Assembly (NCBI GenBank): GCA_038207335.1
Contig: JBBQZX010000014.1
Coordinates: 1-64,000, forward strand
From: Chthoniobacterales bacterium
GTDB taxonomy: Bacteria; Verrucomicrobiota; Verrucomicrobiia; Chthoniobacterales; Chthoniobacteraceae
Reading direction: 5' to 3'
DNA: 64,000 bases
Part shown: one piece after another, positions 1 to 9,733 of the stretch
Layout: each line of letters begins with the position of its first letter
How positions within the stretch are numbered: position 1 is the stretch's first letter
The notes under the pieces: model-generated
Seen by the model: only the letters and a program-made list of their open reading frames with translations
What the model was told of the DNA's origin: nothing
Databases searched by the model: none
Position numbers and translations under genes: made by a program

Positions 1-177
1 ATCTCGCTGGCGGCGCGGCGTTCCATCATTATCAAGAACCCCGCGGTGCTTGAACAAATCTCCGGCTGCCGCACCGCCATTTTCGATAAGACGGGGACAC
101 TGACTTATGGCGAACCCAAGCTAACCGAACAACTCATCGCATCAGGCTTTGTGCAGAGGGACGTGCTCGCCCTGCGA
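1..177 (+). pseudogene. Truncated heavy-metal (P1B-type) ATPase fragment, open at window start
   Basis: Frame +1 reads [42 protein letters not shown], with the DKTGTLT phosphorylation motif. Similarity is lost after about DVLAL and the frame stops at 318 without the HP or GDGxND motifs. Confidence 0.8.
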
Positions 178-195
178 CGAACTGAGAGCGCGGAA

Positions 196-520
196 ATGCC
201 TCGCTCGCGCTGCGACCAATCGCGAGCTGGCGGCGAAATACGGGATTGCCGCGCGCACGGTGACAAACTGGAGGCGGGAAGGATGCCCATTCGCGGAAGG
301 TCAATGGCGCGTTCTTGATTGGCTGGCGCAGCGGCGATACGCCCCAGCGGGCGCACGAGCGAAGCTCGGAAAGCGATTGCGGGACCGGCGGACACGCGCA
401 TTTTTCAAAGACAAATTGCAAGCGCTCCGCGCCGACATTCTCGATTTGCGGGTGCGCCACAAGCTGGCGGGCGAACCGCTGCCGGATTGGTTGCGCCGGA
501 TGCCCTTTCGCACACGCTGA
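196..520 (+). pseudogene. Phage-like winged-HTH protein (lambda Nu1/excisionase-like), probably frameshifted
   Basis: [25 protein letters not shown] resembles the lambda Nu1 N-terminus (KKQLADIFGASIRTIQNWQEQGMP). ATG 196 joins this frame only if one copy of the TCGC-TCGC duplication at 201-208 is removed; the alternative is an intact GTG start at 149. Confidence 0.55.
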
Positions 521-754
521 GTTTCCGCGCGATTCGTGGCAAAGCGGCTCGTCCGCATGGTGACAGACGAAAACGATAGCTCTCGGCGACAGCGAAAACT
601 CCGCAACCCGCATGGATAAAGGATTCGCGGGCGATTGTCGGCGTGTCCTGCGCATCGCTGCCGAGTGCAATCAATGTCCTCACCGCTCCCTGTGAAGTGC
701 CTCGCGAGAGAGGGCCTTATCCGCGCAAAATTTCGGCGAATGCCCGCAAAGTTC

Positions 755-776
755 GTTGCCGAATTGCTGCCGAATA
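755..776. repeat. 11-bp tandem repeat, candidate integrase arm-type binding sites
   Basis: GTTGCCGAATT-GCTGCCGAATA lies about 105 bp from the tRNA 3' end, a typical position for tyrosine-integrase arm sites. Confidence 0.4.
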
Positions 777-881
777 GATGGCGTTTTCCGTCGTTTCCGT
801 GCGCGTCGCTGCGTCTTGCGTTTTTGCGGTGAATCGCCCGCAAGCCCTGCGTGCAGGCCACTTCCAGAGTATTTCAGAAAG

Positions 882-953
882 TGGGTTGGGCGGGACTTGA
901 ACCCGCAACCAACGCCTTAAAAGGGCGCTGCTCTACCATTGAGCTACCAACCC
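882..953 (-). tRNA. tRNA-Lys(UUU)
   Basis: The reverse complement folds into a cloverleaf: GGGTTGG/CCAACCC acceptor stem, GCTC/GAGC D-stem, anticodon loop CTTTTAA, T-loop TTCAAGT. CCA is not encoded. Confidence 0.97.
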
Positions 954-1035
954 GTCCCGCAAAAAGGAGCGTGGTAGATAGTGGCGCGGGGGAGGTGACG
1001 CAAGCAAATCTTCGCGCTAGGTTCCGCGCCCGCTC

Positions 1036-2133
1036 ATGTTTTTGACCTCCGCGATTTTCTCGAAGAAGTGGCTCGTGGGGCTGGTCGTGACCGCGCTCGC
1101 GGTCTCGGCGTGGGCTTTCGTTTTCTGGAAAAAGCAGACGCCCAAAGTGAGCGCAGAGCTGGCGACTCCAATGCTCGCGATCGATGCACTCGCCGGGCAG
1201 ACGATCTACTACAATGGCGCCACGCGACCGTGGCTGCTGTCGCGCCGGCCGGAGCTGCTGAGCGCGGAGGAAAAAGACGATGGCTCGGAGCGGACGCGCG
1301 CGCTGGCGCAGGCGGTGCAGAGTCCGCCGCTTTTCCGGCAACTCGACCGGCGGCTGCGCTTCGACACGCTGGTGCTCGTCGGCGACCCGAGCGAATATCG
1401 ACCGCTGCTCGATCATCTGCTGGAGGCGAAAGACTGGACGCTGACATATCTCGATCACACGAGTCTGGTCTTCAAGCGCGGCACGGTGCGCGCTTGGCAG
1501 CCCGGCGATCTCGCGGCGATTCGCAAGCATTTCGGAAAACAGGAAGAGCCGATTTTTCTCGCGCAAGCGGCGACGAAGATACTCGCGCTGCGCAAGTCCC
1601 CGGAGGCGAAGCGGCTGCTCGATGAAGCGCAGGCGCTTGATGCGAAAGCGCCAGATGTGTGGAGCGCGCTCGCGGTTTATCGCATGAATCGCGGTGAATG
1701 GAGCCAGGCGCTGACAAACGTGGATCGCGCGCTGGCGCTCGACCCCGACTTCCTGCCCGCGATCGCGAGCAAGACGCAGATTTTGTTTGCGACGCGGAAG
1801 TTCGACGATGCGCTGACGCTTTCGAACCGGTTGCTCGCGGCACATCCCGACGATCCAAGGCTGCTCTTCTATCATGCGAAAATCGCGCACGAACGGCACG
1901 CATACGGCGAGGAAATCGACGCGCTGGAAAAGCTGATCGCACTCGCGGAGGAGGGCCGGCGACCGACTTCGGGATACCGGATTTATCTCGGGCAGGCGTA
2001 TGCCGCGCGGAGCGAGGCGCAGCCGGCGATAGCGGAATTTTCGCTGGCACTTGCTGACCCGGATTTATCGAAAGAGCAGCGGAAGTTCGCGGAGGATTTG
2101 CTGGCGCAGATCAAGAGCCGCGCGGGGTTGTGA
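1036..2133 (+). CDS. Membrane-anchored tetratricopeptide repeat protein
   Basis: N-terminal hydrophobic helix followed by several C-terminal TPR-like repeats (e.g. QALTNVDRALALDPDF). Confidence 0.8.
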   Translation: MFLTSAIFSKKWLVGLVVTALAVSAWAFVFWKKQTPKVSAELATPMLAIDALAGQTIYYNGATRPWLLSRRPELLSAEEKDDGSERTRALAQAVQSPPLFRQLDRRLRFDTLVLVGDPSEYRPLLDHLLEAKDWTLTYLDHTSLVFKRGTVRAWQPGDLAAIRKHFGKQEEPIFLAQAATKILALRKSPEAKRLLDEAQALDAKAPDVWSALAVYRMNRGEWSQALTNVDRALALDPDFLPAIASKTQILFATRKFDDALTLSNRLLAAHPDDPRLLFYHAKIAHERHAYGEEIDALEKLIALAEEGRRPTSGYRIYLGQAYAARSEAQPAIAEFSLALADPDLSKEQRKFAEDLLAQIKSRAGL

Positions 2134-2157
2134 GAAATTACTAACTGCTGCCCGACG

Positions 2158-2820
2158 CTAGCCGAGCATCGCGAGCAGGTCGTGCAGTGAGTTTTCCGGG
2201 CGATCGAGTTTGAAAACTTTGAGCCTGGCAGATGCTCCGGCTTTCCAATCAAGGAGGGGGTCGTCACCGACATGGAGCGCTTCGTCTGCGGTGACTACCA
2301 CGCGTCGAAGCGCTTCGTGAAAAATGTATGGGTGCGGTTTGTCGGCGCCAACTTCGCTGGAAATGACGAGGTATTTGAAATGCTGCGCGATGCCGAACTG
2401 ATCGAGGATGGTTCGCAGTCGTCCATCGAAATTTGAGATCACGCCGAGTTCGAAACGCCCGCTCAGTTCCGCCAGCACATCGCGCACTTCGGGAAAAAGC
2501 TCCCAGACTCCGGGCCGAACGAACTCTTCGTAAACCTCCGCGAAATACGCCTCGCGGTCCCCCACCGCTCCGGGCACGATACATGTTTCGAGCACGCGCC
2601 CGACGAGTTCGCGCCACCAGCCGCGATCGTCGTCGGGACGCGGCTCACCAGTTTGCGTGCGCTCGGGCATCGCGCGCCATGCGCTGCGGAATGCTTCATT
2701 CAGCGCAGCCTCATCGAGATCCCAACCGTGCCGCTTCGCGACTGCTGCATAGTGAAAGCCGACTCCCTGCGGCAGGTGAAACAGCGTGCCGACAGCGTCG
2801 AAAAAGATGACTTTCAACAA
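2158..2820 (-). CDS. HAD-IA family hydrolase (REG-2-like)
   Basis: Motifs FFDAVGTL, ISNFD, KP and HVGDD. Confidence 0.9.
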   Translation of the reverse strand: MLKVIFFDAVGTLFHLPQGVGFHYAAVAKRHGWDLDEAALNEAFRSAWRAMPERTQTGEPRPDDDRGWWRELVGRVLETCIVPGAVGDREAYFAEVYEEFVRPGVWELFPEVRDVLAELSGRFELGVISNFDGRLRTILDQFGIAQHFKYLVISSEVGADKPHPYIFHEALRRVVVTADEALHVGDDPLLDWKAGASARLKVFKLDRPENSLHDLLAMLG

Positions 2821-2862
2821 AGTGACGGTTTCGAACCGCCGAACGCACGCGGCTTTCTAGCC

Positions 2863-2890
2863 TTGACGCTCCCAGCGCCTGCCCTACAGT
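2863..2890 (+). promoter_or_regulatory. Candidate sigma70 promoter of the nusA operon
   Basis: TTGACG-N16-TACAGT about 75 bp upstream of nusA. Confidence 0.45.
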
Positions 2891-2914
2891 GCATGTTCGC
2901 ACTCCGAGTGATTG

Positions 2915-2940
2915 ACGCGGGATTCAAACCCCGCGTTTTT
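2915..2940 (+). promoter_or_regulatory. Terminator-like hairpin in the nusA leader (candidate attenuator)
   Basis: ACGCGGG-N8-CCCGCGT followed by a T-run, between the putative promoter and the nusA start. Confidence 0.55.
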
Positions 2941-2965
2941 CGTCTCTGGAGCCTGCGCCATTTTT

Positions 2966-4234
2966 ATGAACGCTGAATTTATTGCCATGTTGGACTACCT
3001 CGAGCGCGAGAAAGGTATCAAGCGCGAGGTATTGGTGGAAGCTGTACAGGAAGCGCTCGTGTCCGCGGCGAAAAAGACCGTCGAGGCGGGCCGCGAACTG
3101 CGCTGCGAGATCGACCCACGCAGCGGTGCCATCCGCGCTTTTGCGAAGCTGATCGTGGTCGAGAAAGTGCAGAACAAGCACGACGAAATCAGTCTCAGTG
3201 CCGCGCAGAAAATCAAGTCCGATGTGCAGATCGGGGAAGAAATCGAGATCGAAGTGACGCCGAGCAATTTCGGCCGAATCGCCGCGCAGACAGCCAAGCA
3301 GGCCATGATGCAGCGCATCCGCCAGGCGGAAAAGGAGATGATCTACGACGAGTTCAAGGATCGCGCCGGCGAGATAATCAGCGGCACGGTGCGGCGATTC
3401 GAGCGTTCGGATGTCATTGTTGATCTGGGAAAGTTCGAGGCGACCATGCCCTCACGCGAGCGGGTGCAGACGGAAGATTACAACATCGGCGATCGCATCC
3501 GGGCTTACGTCGTGGCGGTCGAAAATGGCGCGCGCGGGCCGGAGATCATCATCTCACGGAGCCATCCGAATTTCGTTCGGCGTCTTTTTGAAACCGAAGT
3601 CAGCGAGATCGCCGATCGCACCGTCGAAATCAAAGGCATCGCGCGCGAGGCAGGCTTTCGCACGAAAGTCGCGGTACACAGCGCGAACGAAAAAGTCGAT
3701 CCGGTCGGTGCGTGCGTCGGAATGCGAGGCTCGCGTGTCAAAAATATCGTCCGCGAGTTGAACAACGAAAAGGTGGACATCATCCGCTGGAGCACGGACG
3801 TGAAGGAATTCGTGCTCGAGGCGCTGAAGCCCGCGAAGATCAAAAGCGTCACGCTCGACGAGGCGAAAAAAGCGGTGCAGATCAAAGTGGACGAGGATCA
3901 GCTTTCGCTCGCGATCGGCAAGCGCGGGCAGAACGCGCGGCTCACCTCGCGCCTCACCGGCTGGGACATCAACATCGAGAAAGACGAGTCGGCGAAGGAA
4001 GTTTTCGACTCGAAGAAAGTGAATGCCGCGACGGCGTTTGCCGAGTCGTTGAACATCACGTCGGAGATCGCGTCGAAGCTCGTGAACGCTGGCATGAACA
4101 GCATCGAGGTCGTTGCGACTGGATGCGAACCGCAGGACATCGCGGACGCCGCGGGCATCGAAATCGAAGCGGCGAACAAAATCCACGCCGCCGCAAAAGC
4201 GGCGCACGAAAAGAGCATGGCCGCGGCCCACTAG
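2966..4234 (+). CDS. nusA: Transcription termination/antitermination factor NusA
   Basis: FGRIAAQTAKQ, S1 and KH domains (DPVGACVGMRGSRV, LSLAIGKRGQN). ATG 2966 is preferred over the ORF-track start at 2912. Confidence 0.98.
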   Translation: MNAEFIAMLDYLEREKGIKREVLVEAVQEALVSAAKKTVEAGRELRCEIDPRSGAIRAFAKLIVVEKVQNKHDEISLSAAQKIKSDVQIGEEIEIEVTPSNFGRIAAQTAKQAMMQRIRQAEKEMIYDEFKDRAGEIISGTVRRFERSDVIVDLGKFEATMPSRERVQTEDYNIGDRIRAYVVAVENGARGPEIIISRSHPNFVRRLFETEVSEIADRTVEIKGIAREAGFRTKVAVHSANEKVDPVGACVGMRGSRVKNIVRELNNEKVDIIRWSTDVKEFVLEALKPAKIKSVTLDEAKKAVQIKVDEDQLSLAIGKRGQNARLTSRLTGWDINIEKDESAKEVFDSKKVNAATAFAESLNITSEIASKLVNAGMNSIEVVATGCEPQDIADAAGIEIEAANKIHAAAKAAHEKSMAAAH

Positions 4235-4267
4235 GCGCCATGAAGCCGCATCACCGAGACATTTTTA

Positions 4268-6394
4268 ATGGCAACCAAGACGACGACAGTAAAAACCGCA
4301 TTCAAGAAGATCACCGCCAAGACGGCGGAGGCTCCCGCGGACTCTAAAACCGGGGCGAAGGGCAAAGCTGCCGCCGCGGCTGCGGCGGACAAAAAGAAAG
4401 CGGAGAAGCCGGCGCCTGAGCCGCCGAAAGAAGCGGTCGATCTCATCGCGGAAAAGCCGAAGCGCGTCCGCAAGCCGGTCACGGCGCTGGAGCACAAGCC
4501 GTTCACGGCGCTCGCCAAAATCTCAGCCGATCCAAAGCCGGCGGTTGTAGCAACACCGCCGGTCATTGAGGAACCAGCAACAGAGCCGGAAAGCGAGGAA
4601 GCTAAGACGGATGAGAAAATCATCCACATCAAGCCGCCGATCATCGTCAAAGATCTCGCGACACAGATGGGACTGCGTCCGTTTCAGGTGATCTCGGACC
4701 TGATGGAGCTGAATATTTTCGCCTCGATCAATCAGGCGATCGAGCCGGATGTCGCGACAAAAGTCTGCACGAAGCACGGCTTCACATTCGAGCGTGAGAA
4801 GCGCAAAGAAGGTGGCGGCGTCCACAAGCCGGTCGAAAAAATCATCGAGCCGCCGAAAGTGCCTGAGAAGCCGAAAGCCGATGAACTCGAGCTCCGCGCG
4901 CCGATCGTGACATTCATGGGCCACGTCGATCACGGCAAGACCACGCTCATGGATGCGATCCGCAAGGCGCGCGTCGCGGCTGGCGAAGCGGGCGGCATCA
5001 CGCAGCACATCGGAGCATACTCAGTCGAGACGAACGGCCACCGCATCACCTTCCTCGATACGCCCGGCCACGCGGCATTCACCGCGATGCGCGCGCGCGG
5101 AGCGAATGTCACCGACATCGTCGTGCTCATCGTCGCCGCGGACGACGGAATCATGCCGCAAACCATTGAGGCGCTGAATCACGCGAAAGCCGCGAAAGTG
5201 CAGATCATGGTCGCAATCACGAAGACCGACGTGCCCGGTGCGAACATCGACAAAGTTAAAGGCCAGCTTCAGGAGAAAGGGCTCGCACCCGAGGACTGGG
5301 GCGGCGAGACGATCGTCTGCCCAGTCTCCGCGGTGAAAAAGCAGGGCATCGATAAACTTCTCGAAAACATCCTGCTCGTCTCCGAGATCACCGAGCTCAA
5401 AGCGAGCTCCCAAGCCAATGCGCGGGGCACCGTCATCGAGGCACAGCTCGAGCAAGGCCGCGGCCCGACGGCCACCGTCATCGTGCGAATGGGCACTTTG
5501 AAAATCGGCGACGCATTCATCTGTGGAAACTTTAGCGGCAAAGTGAAGGGCCTCATCGACGATCTCGGAAAGCCGATCAAGAGCGCCGGCCCATCGACGC
5601 CGTGTAAGATCGTAGGCTTCTCCGGGCTCCCAAATGCCGGTGACGAACTCGTGGTAATGAAGCACGAGAAAGAAGCCGCGACGCTCAGTACGGAGCGGCT
5701 CTCCGACCTCCGTGTAAAAAAGCTCGCGACTCCGCAGCGCGCGACGCTCGAGGGTCTCTTCGACACGATCGCCGCGGGCCAGCGACCGGTGCTGAACATC
5801 ATTCTGAAATGCGACGTCCAAGGCTCGCTGGAGGCCGTGACGACTTCGCTGCAGCAGATCGACAGCAAGAAAATCAACTGTCACATCGTCCACGGTGCGG
5901 TCGGTCCCATCACCGAATCCGACATTCTGCTTGCCGCTGCGTCGAATCTCGTCGTCGTCGGATTCAACGTAAAAACCGAATCGAGTGCCGCAAACGCCGC
6001 GCGCCGCGAGGGCGTGCAGATCAAGCTCTTCTCGATCATCTACGAGCTCATCGACCAGATGAAGGAGGCGATGGCCGGGTTGCTCGAACCCGAGACGCGC
6101 GAAACGGTGATCGGACATGCCGAGGTCAAGAAAATCTTCGAGCTGTCGAAGGGTCTCGTAGCCGGTTCGCTAGTCACCGACGGGCGCATCGTCCGTACCG
6201 CACGCGCCCGTGTGCTGCGCGGCCGTCAACCGATTTACGATGGCGGCTTCAACACGCTTCAGCGTTTTGCCGATGCGGTGAAGGAAGTCCGCAGCGGACT
6301 CGAATGCGGCATCAAACTCGGCGACTACACCGAGTATGAGGTGGGCGACATCATCGAGTGCTACACGCTGGAGAAAGTCGCGCAGAAGCTCTGA
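4268..6394 (+). CDS. infB: Translation initiation factor IF-2
   Basis: [30 protein letters not shown]. Confidence 0.99.
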   Translation: MATKTTTVKTAFKKITAKTAEAPADSKTGAKGKAAAAAAADKKKAEKPAPEPPKEAVDLIAEKPKRVRKPVTALEHKPFTALAKISADPKPAVVATPPVIEEPATEPESEEAKTDEKIIHIKPPIIVKDLATQMGLRPFQVISDLMELNIFASINQAIEPDVATKVCTKHGFTFEREKRKEGGGVHKPVEKIIEPPKVPEKPKADELELRAPIVTFMGHVDHGKTTLMDAIRKARVAAGEAGGITQHIGAYSVETNGHRITFLDTPGHAAFTAMRARGANVTDIVVLIVAADDGIMPQTIEALNHAKAAKVQIMVAITKTDVPGANIDKVKGQLQEKGLAPEDWGGETIVCPVSAVKKQGIDKLLENILLVSEITELKASSQANARGTVIEAQLEQGRGPTATVIVRMGTLKIGDAFICGNFSGKVKGLIDDLGKPIKSAGPSTPCKIVGFSGLPNAGDELVVMKHEKEAATLSTERLSDLRVKKLATPQRATLEGLFDTIAAGQRPVLNIILKCDVQGSLEAVTTSLQQIDSKKINCHIVHGAVGPITESDILLAAASNLVVVGFNVKTESSAANAARREGVQIKLFSIIYELIDQMKEAMAGLLEPETRETVIGHAEVKKIFELSKGLVAGSLVTDGRIVRTARARVLRGRQPIYDGGFNTLQRFADAVKEVRSGLECGIKLGDYTEYEVGDIIECYTLEKVAQKL

Positions 6395-6404
6395 CGCTCG
6401 GAGC

Positions 6405-6508
6405 GTGGTTGAGAGTTTTTCGTTGAGAGTTAAGAGCCGCGCCCTGCGGCTCCAATCCCACTCTCAATATTCTCCGACTCTCAACTCCCAACCCCAAAAC
6501 TCTCCACT
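6405..6508. repeat. Inverted heptamer-repeat element between infB and rbfA
   Basis: Left arm of GTTGAGA-like units, central hairpin GAGCCGC-N5-GCGGCTC (6434-6452), right arm of complementary CTCTCAA-like units. Confidence 0.7.
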
Positions 6509-6514
6509 TTTCCA

Positions 6515-6904
6515 ATGAAGCATCGTCTCGAACGCGTGAACGAACTCATCCGGCGCGAGCTCGGCGAACTCGTCACCAGAGAGCTGCGCTTCGAGTCGAA
6601 ACTCGTGACGATTCAACAGGTCGATATCACACCCGACCTCCGGCATGCGCATGTGTACGTCAGCTTCATCGGCGAGGAGAGCGCGCAAAATGCCGACATG
6701 GCCGCGCTCCACGACAAGCGGCAAATGCTCCAGCAGGCGCTCTCGAAACGCGTCGTTTTGAAATTCACGCCGCAACTGCATTTCAAAATCGATCCGTCGA
6801 TTGTCCGCGGCACGCGCATCCTCACGATCATGGATCAGATCGAGCATCCACCCACCGAGAGCGACGTGCAGGATTACGAATTCGACGACCGCGAAGAGCC
6901 GTGA
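6515..6904 (+). CDS. rbfA: Ribosome-binding factor A
   Basis: RLERVNELIRREL, TPDLRHAHVYVS, KFTPQLHF; located after infB. Confidence 0.95.
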   Translation: MKHRLERVNELIRRELGELVTRELRFESKLVTIQQVDITPDLRHAHVYVSFIGEESAQNADMAALHDKRQMLQQALSKRVVLKFTPQLHFKIDPSIVRGTRILTIMDQIEHPPTESDVQDYEFDDREEP

Positions 6905-6929
6905 CGGAGCTGCGCTCGTAACTTTTGAG

Positions 6930-7904
6930 ATGAAAGAAAACTGCAAACTTTCCGAGATCGCCAGCGTGATGCGGACACGCGAGCGCTTCCTCGTGATGAG
7001 CCATCTGCGCCCCGATGGCGACGCGCTGGGCAGTTCGCTCGCCGTCGCGCTTTGCCTGCGGGAGCTGGGGAAAGATGTCACCGTCTGGAACGAGGACGGA
7101 ATGCTCGAAAAGCTGAGCTTCCTCCCACACTCCGGGCTCGTCCTGAAGCCGCCCGCGGAGCCGCAGGAATTCGAGGTCGTGATCGCGGTCGATACCGCCG
7201 TACAAAACCGCGTCGGCACCTGCGAGGCTGCGATCAAGTCCGCCGGGATGTGGATCAACATCGACCACCACATCACGAACGATCACTACGGCGACCTCGC
7301 ATTCATCGACTCGGGCGCGCCCGCGACCGGGCAGATTTTGTTCGAGCTTCTTGAGCAAAACGGACTGCCGATCACCGCCGCGATTGCCGAGAATTTGTTC
7401 GTTGCGATCTCGACCGACACCGGCTCGTTTCAATATCCGAGCACCACCGCGCGGACGTACGAAATCGGCGCGGCGCTCGTCCGCGCAGGAGTCAATGTCG
7501 GCGCGGTTTCGCAGCGACTTTACGAGAGCTACCCGCTGCGCCGGATCGAGCTGCTGCGCTCACTGCTGAATGTTTTCAAGCTCACCACGGACAACCGCGT
7601 TGCGAGCTTCGCGCTCTCACTTTCCACGGCCAAGTCGCTCGGCGCGCAATCCGAGGACAACGAAGGACTCATCGACTACATTCGCGCGATCGACGGCGTA
7701 ATCGTTGCCGCATTCATCGAGGAGATGACGGATGGAAAAGTGCGGATCAGCCTCCGATCCAAAGACCCGAAAATCGACGTGGCGAAAGTCTGCGCGTCGT
7801 TTGGCGGCGGCGGACACACACTCGCCGCCGGCGCGCGGCTCAGCGGCTCGCTCGCGGAAGTCGAGGCACGCGTCCTTTCAGCCATAGCTCATGAATTCAA
7901 CTGA
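6930..7904 (+). CDS. nrnA: DHH/DHHA1 oligoribonuclease / pAp phosphatase (NrnA-like)
   Basis: HLRPDGDALGS, IDHH, TDTGSF, GGGGHTLAAG. Confidence 0.9.
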   Translation: MKENCKLSEIASVMRTRERFLVMSHLRPDGDALGSSLAVALCLRELGKDVTVWNEDGMLEKLSFLPHSGLVLKPPAEPQEFEVVIAVDTAVQNRVGTCEAAIKSAGMWINIDHHITNDHYGDLAFIDSGAPATGQILFELLEQNGLPITAAIAENLFVAISTDTGSFQYPSTTARTYEIGAALVRAGVNVGAVSQRLYESYPLRRIELLRSLLNVFKLTTDNRVASFALSLSTAKSLGAQSEDNEGLIDYIRAIDGVIVAAFIEEMTDGKVRISLRSKDPKIDVAKVCASFGGGGHTLAAGARLSGSLAEVEARVLSAIAHEFN

Positions 7905-8610
7905 CCTCGACGGCGTCCTGCTCGTGGACAAAGCCAGCGCCATGACGTCCCACGACGTCGTCGCCATCACCCGCCGCGCGCTCGGTACGAAAAAAGTCGG
8001 CCACTGCGGCACGCTCGATCCGCTCGCGACCGGGATGCTCATCATCGTCGTCGGGCGCGGCACAAAGATTCAGGACCTTCTGATGAGCGAGGACAAAGAA
8101 TACGTCGGCACGATGGCGCTGGGCACGATGACCGATAGCCAGGACGCCGATGGGAAGGTGACCGAAACTCGCGAAGTCCCCGCGCTGTCACGCGAACAAA
8201 TCGACGCCGCGTTCGCAAAATTCCACGGCGATTTTTACCAGATGCCACCGATGGTTTCCGCGATCAAGCAAGGCGGCGTGCCGCTCTACAAGCTCGCGCG
8301 GCAGGGCAAGACGGTGGAGCGCGAGCCGCGCTTCGTGCATGTCTATGCGCATGAAATCAACGCCGTTCGGCTGCCGGAGATCGACTTCCGGGTCGTCTGC
8401 TCGAAGGGGTTTTACGTCAGGACGTACGCGTTCGACATCGGCAATGAACTCGGCTGCGGCGCGCACCTCAAATCGCTTCGGCGCACCAAAAGCGGAAAAT
8501 TCACGCTCGAGCATTCGGTGACTGTGGAGGATTTGAAAACCTTGCCACAGGAAGCGCTCGCGGCGCGAATGCTGAGCCTGCCCGCAGTCTCGCGGATGCG
8601 CGGCGCGTGA
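7891..8610 (+). CDS. truB: tRNA pseudouridine(55) synthase TruB (short, no PUA domain)
   Basis: KVGHCGTLDPLATG, CSKGFYVRT, LRRT. Confidence 0.97.
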   Translation: MNSTDLDGVLLVDKASAMTSHDVVAITRRALGTKKVGHCGTLDPLATGMLIIVVGRGTKIQDLLMSEDKEYVGTMALGTMTDSQDADGKVTETREVPALSREQIDAAFAKFHGDFYQMPPMVSAIKQGGVPLYKLARQGKTVEREPRFVHVYAHEINAVRLPEIDFRVVCSKGFYVRTYAFDIGNELGCGAHLKSLRRTKSGKFTLEHSVTVEDLKTLPQEALAARMLSLPAVSRMRGA

Positions 8611-8742
8611 AGTGAGAGATCGCGTGCGAGTTCTGATTCAGCGTGGTGTACGCGACCCGCGTGCCGCATTCAGAGCGCCAACGACTTTTGCCGCGAGTCG
8701 CCGCAAACGGACAGCGGCTTGCGTGCTCAACCCGAAACTGCC

Positions 8743-9678
8743 GTGAACCGCACGTTCACCGCCATCGCTGATCTGGCCTTGATCCCCGGGCCAGTGGTGC
8801 TCGCTATCGGCGTCTTTGACGGCGTGCACCTCGGGCATCGTACGGTCATCGAGCGGGCACTCCGCGATGCTCAAGCAACCGCTGCCACGGCGGTGGTCGT
8901 CACTTTCGATCCACACCCGATCCGTGTCCTGCGACCCGAGCGCGCGCCACATCTCCTCACATCCACAGCGCACAAAATCCGGCTCATCCGTGAACTCGGC
9001 GTCGAGCACTTGCTGGTCATTCCGTTCGGCACCGAGTTCGCGGAAACGCCGCCCGCCGATTTCATCCGCGCGCTCGCCGAGGCCTGCCGACCGCTCCGCG
9101 AAATCTGCGTTGGGCACCAGTGGTCATTTGGAAAAGCACGCGCGGGAAATCTCGAATTGCTCGACGCGCTCGGCAACGAAATCGGCTTCGACGAAATCGG
9201 CGTGCCCGCGGTGGAGATCGACGGACAAATCGTCAGCAGCACGCTTACCCGTCGCGCAGTGGAGTCTGGCGACTTCGCGCTCGCGCGGCGATTTCTCGGA
9301 CGCGATTACACAATCCTCGGCACAGTTGTGCGCGGCGACGGCATCGGCAAAACGCTCGGCTTCCCGACCGCGAACATCAGCGCGCACAACGAGCAATTTC
9401 CACCGAACGGCGTGTATGCCGCAACGGTGCGCCACGGCGCTGAGATGCTCCGCGGAGTCGTGAATCTCGGCGTCCGCCCTACCATCGCGCACGCCAGCGG
9501 CGAGCGGATTCTTGAGGTGCATCTACTTGAGTTCCACGGCGAGATTTACGGGGAGGAACTGGAGCTGACTTTTGGAACGTTCATTCGTTCCGAGCAGAAA
9601 TTTGCGACGCTCGACCACCTCCGCGCACAGATCGCGCGAGACGTGGCGTCCGTAGCCGGGATCGTTGATCCCGTCTGA
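8743..9678 (+). CDS. ribF: Bifunctional riboflavin kinase/FAD synthetase
   Basis: GVFDGVHLGH, VSST, GFPTAN, GVRPT, EVH. Start codon uncertain (8719 or 8743). Confidence 0.96.
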   Translation: MNRTFTAIADLALIPGPVVLAIGVFDGVHLGHRTVIERALRDAQATAATAVVVTFDPHPIRVLRPERAPHLLTSTAHKIRLIRELGVEHLLVIPFGTEFAETPPADFIRALAEACRPLREICVGHQWSFGKARAGNLELLDALGNEIGFDEIGVPAVEIDGQIVSSTLTRRAVESGDFALARRFLGRDYTILGTVVRGDGIGKTLGFPTANISAHNEQFPPNGVYAATVRHGAEMLRGVVNLGVRPTIAHASGERILEVHLLEFHGEIYGEELELTFGTFIRSEQKFATLDHLRAQIARDVASVAGIVDPV

Positions 9679-9733
9679 GACGTTCGCGTCGAACGGGTTG
9701 CCGCGGGCTCCGCAGCGGGATCGTCGATCCCGG

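Noticed and set aside
2820..2966. Absence of rimP before nusA, and a short TruB without PUA domain
   Set aside because: Recalled as the usual arrangement in PVC bacteria such as Chlamydia, so probably a lineage trait rather than a novelty.
6405..6508. CRISPR array
   Set aside because: The units are degenerate 7-mers without unique spacers; no cas genes or repeat-spacer arrays were seen anywhere in the window.
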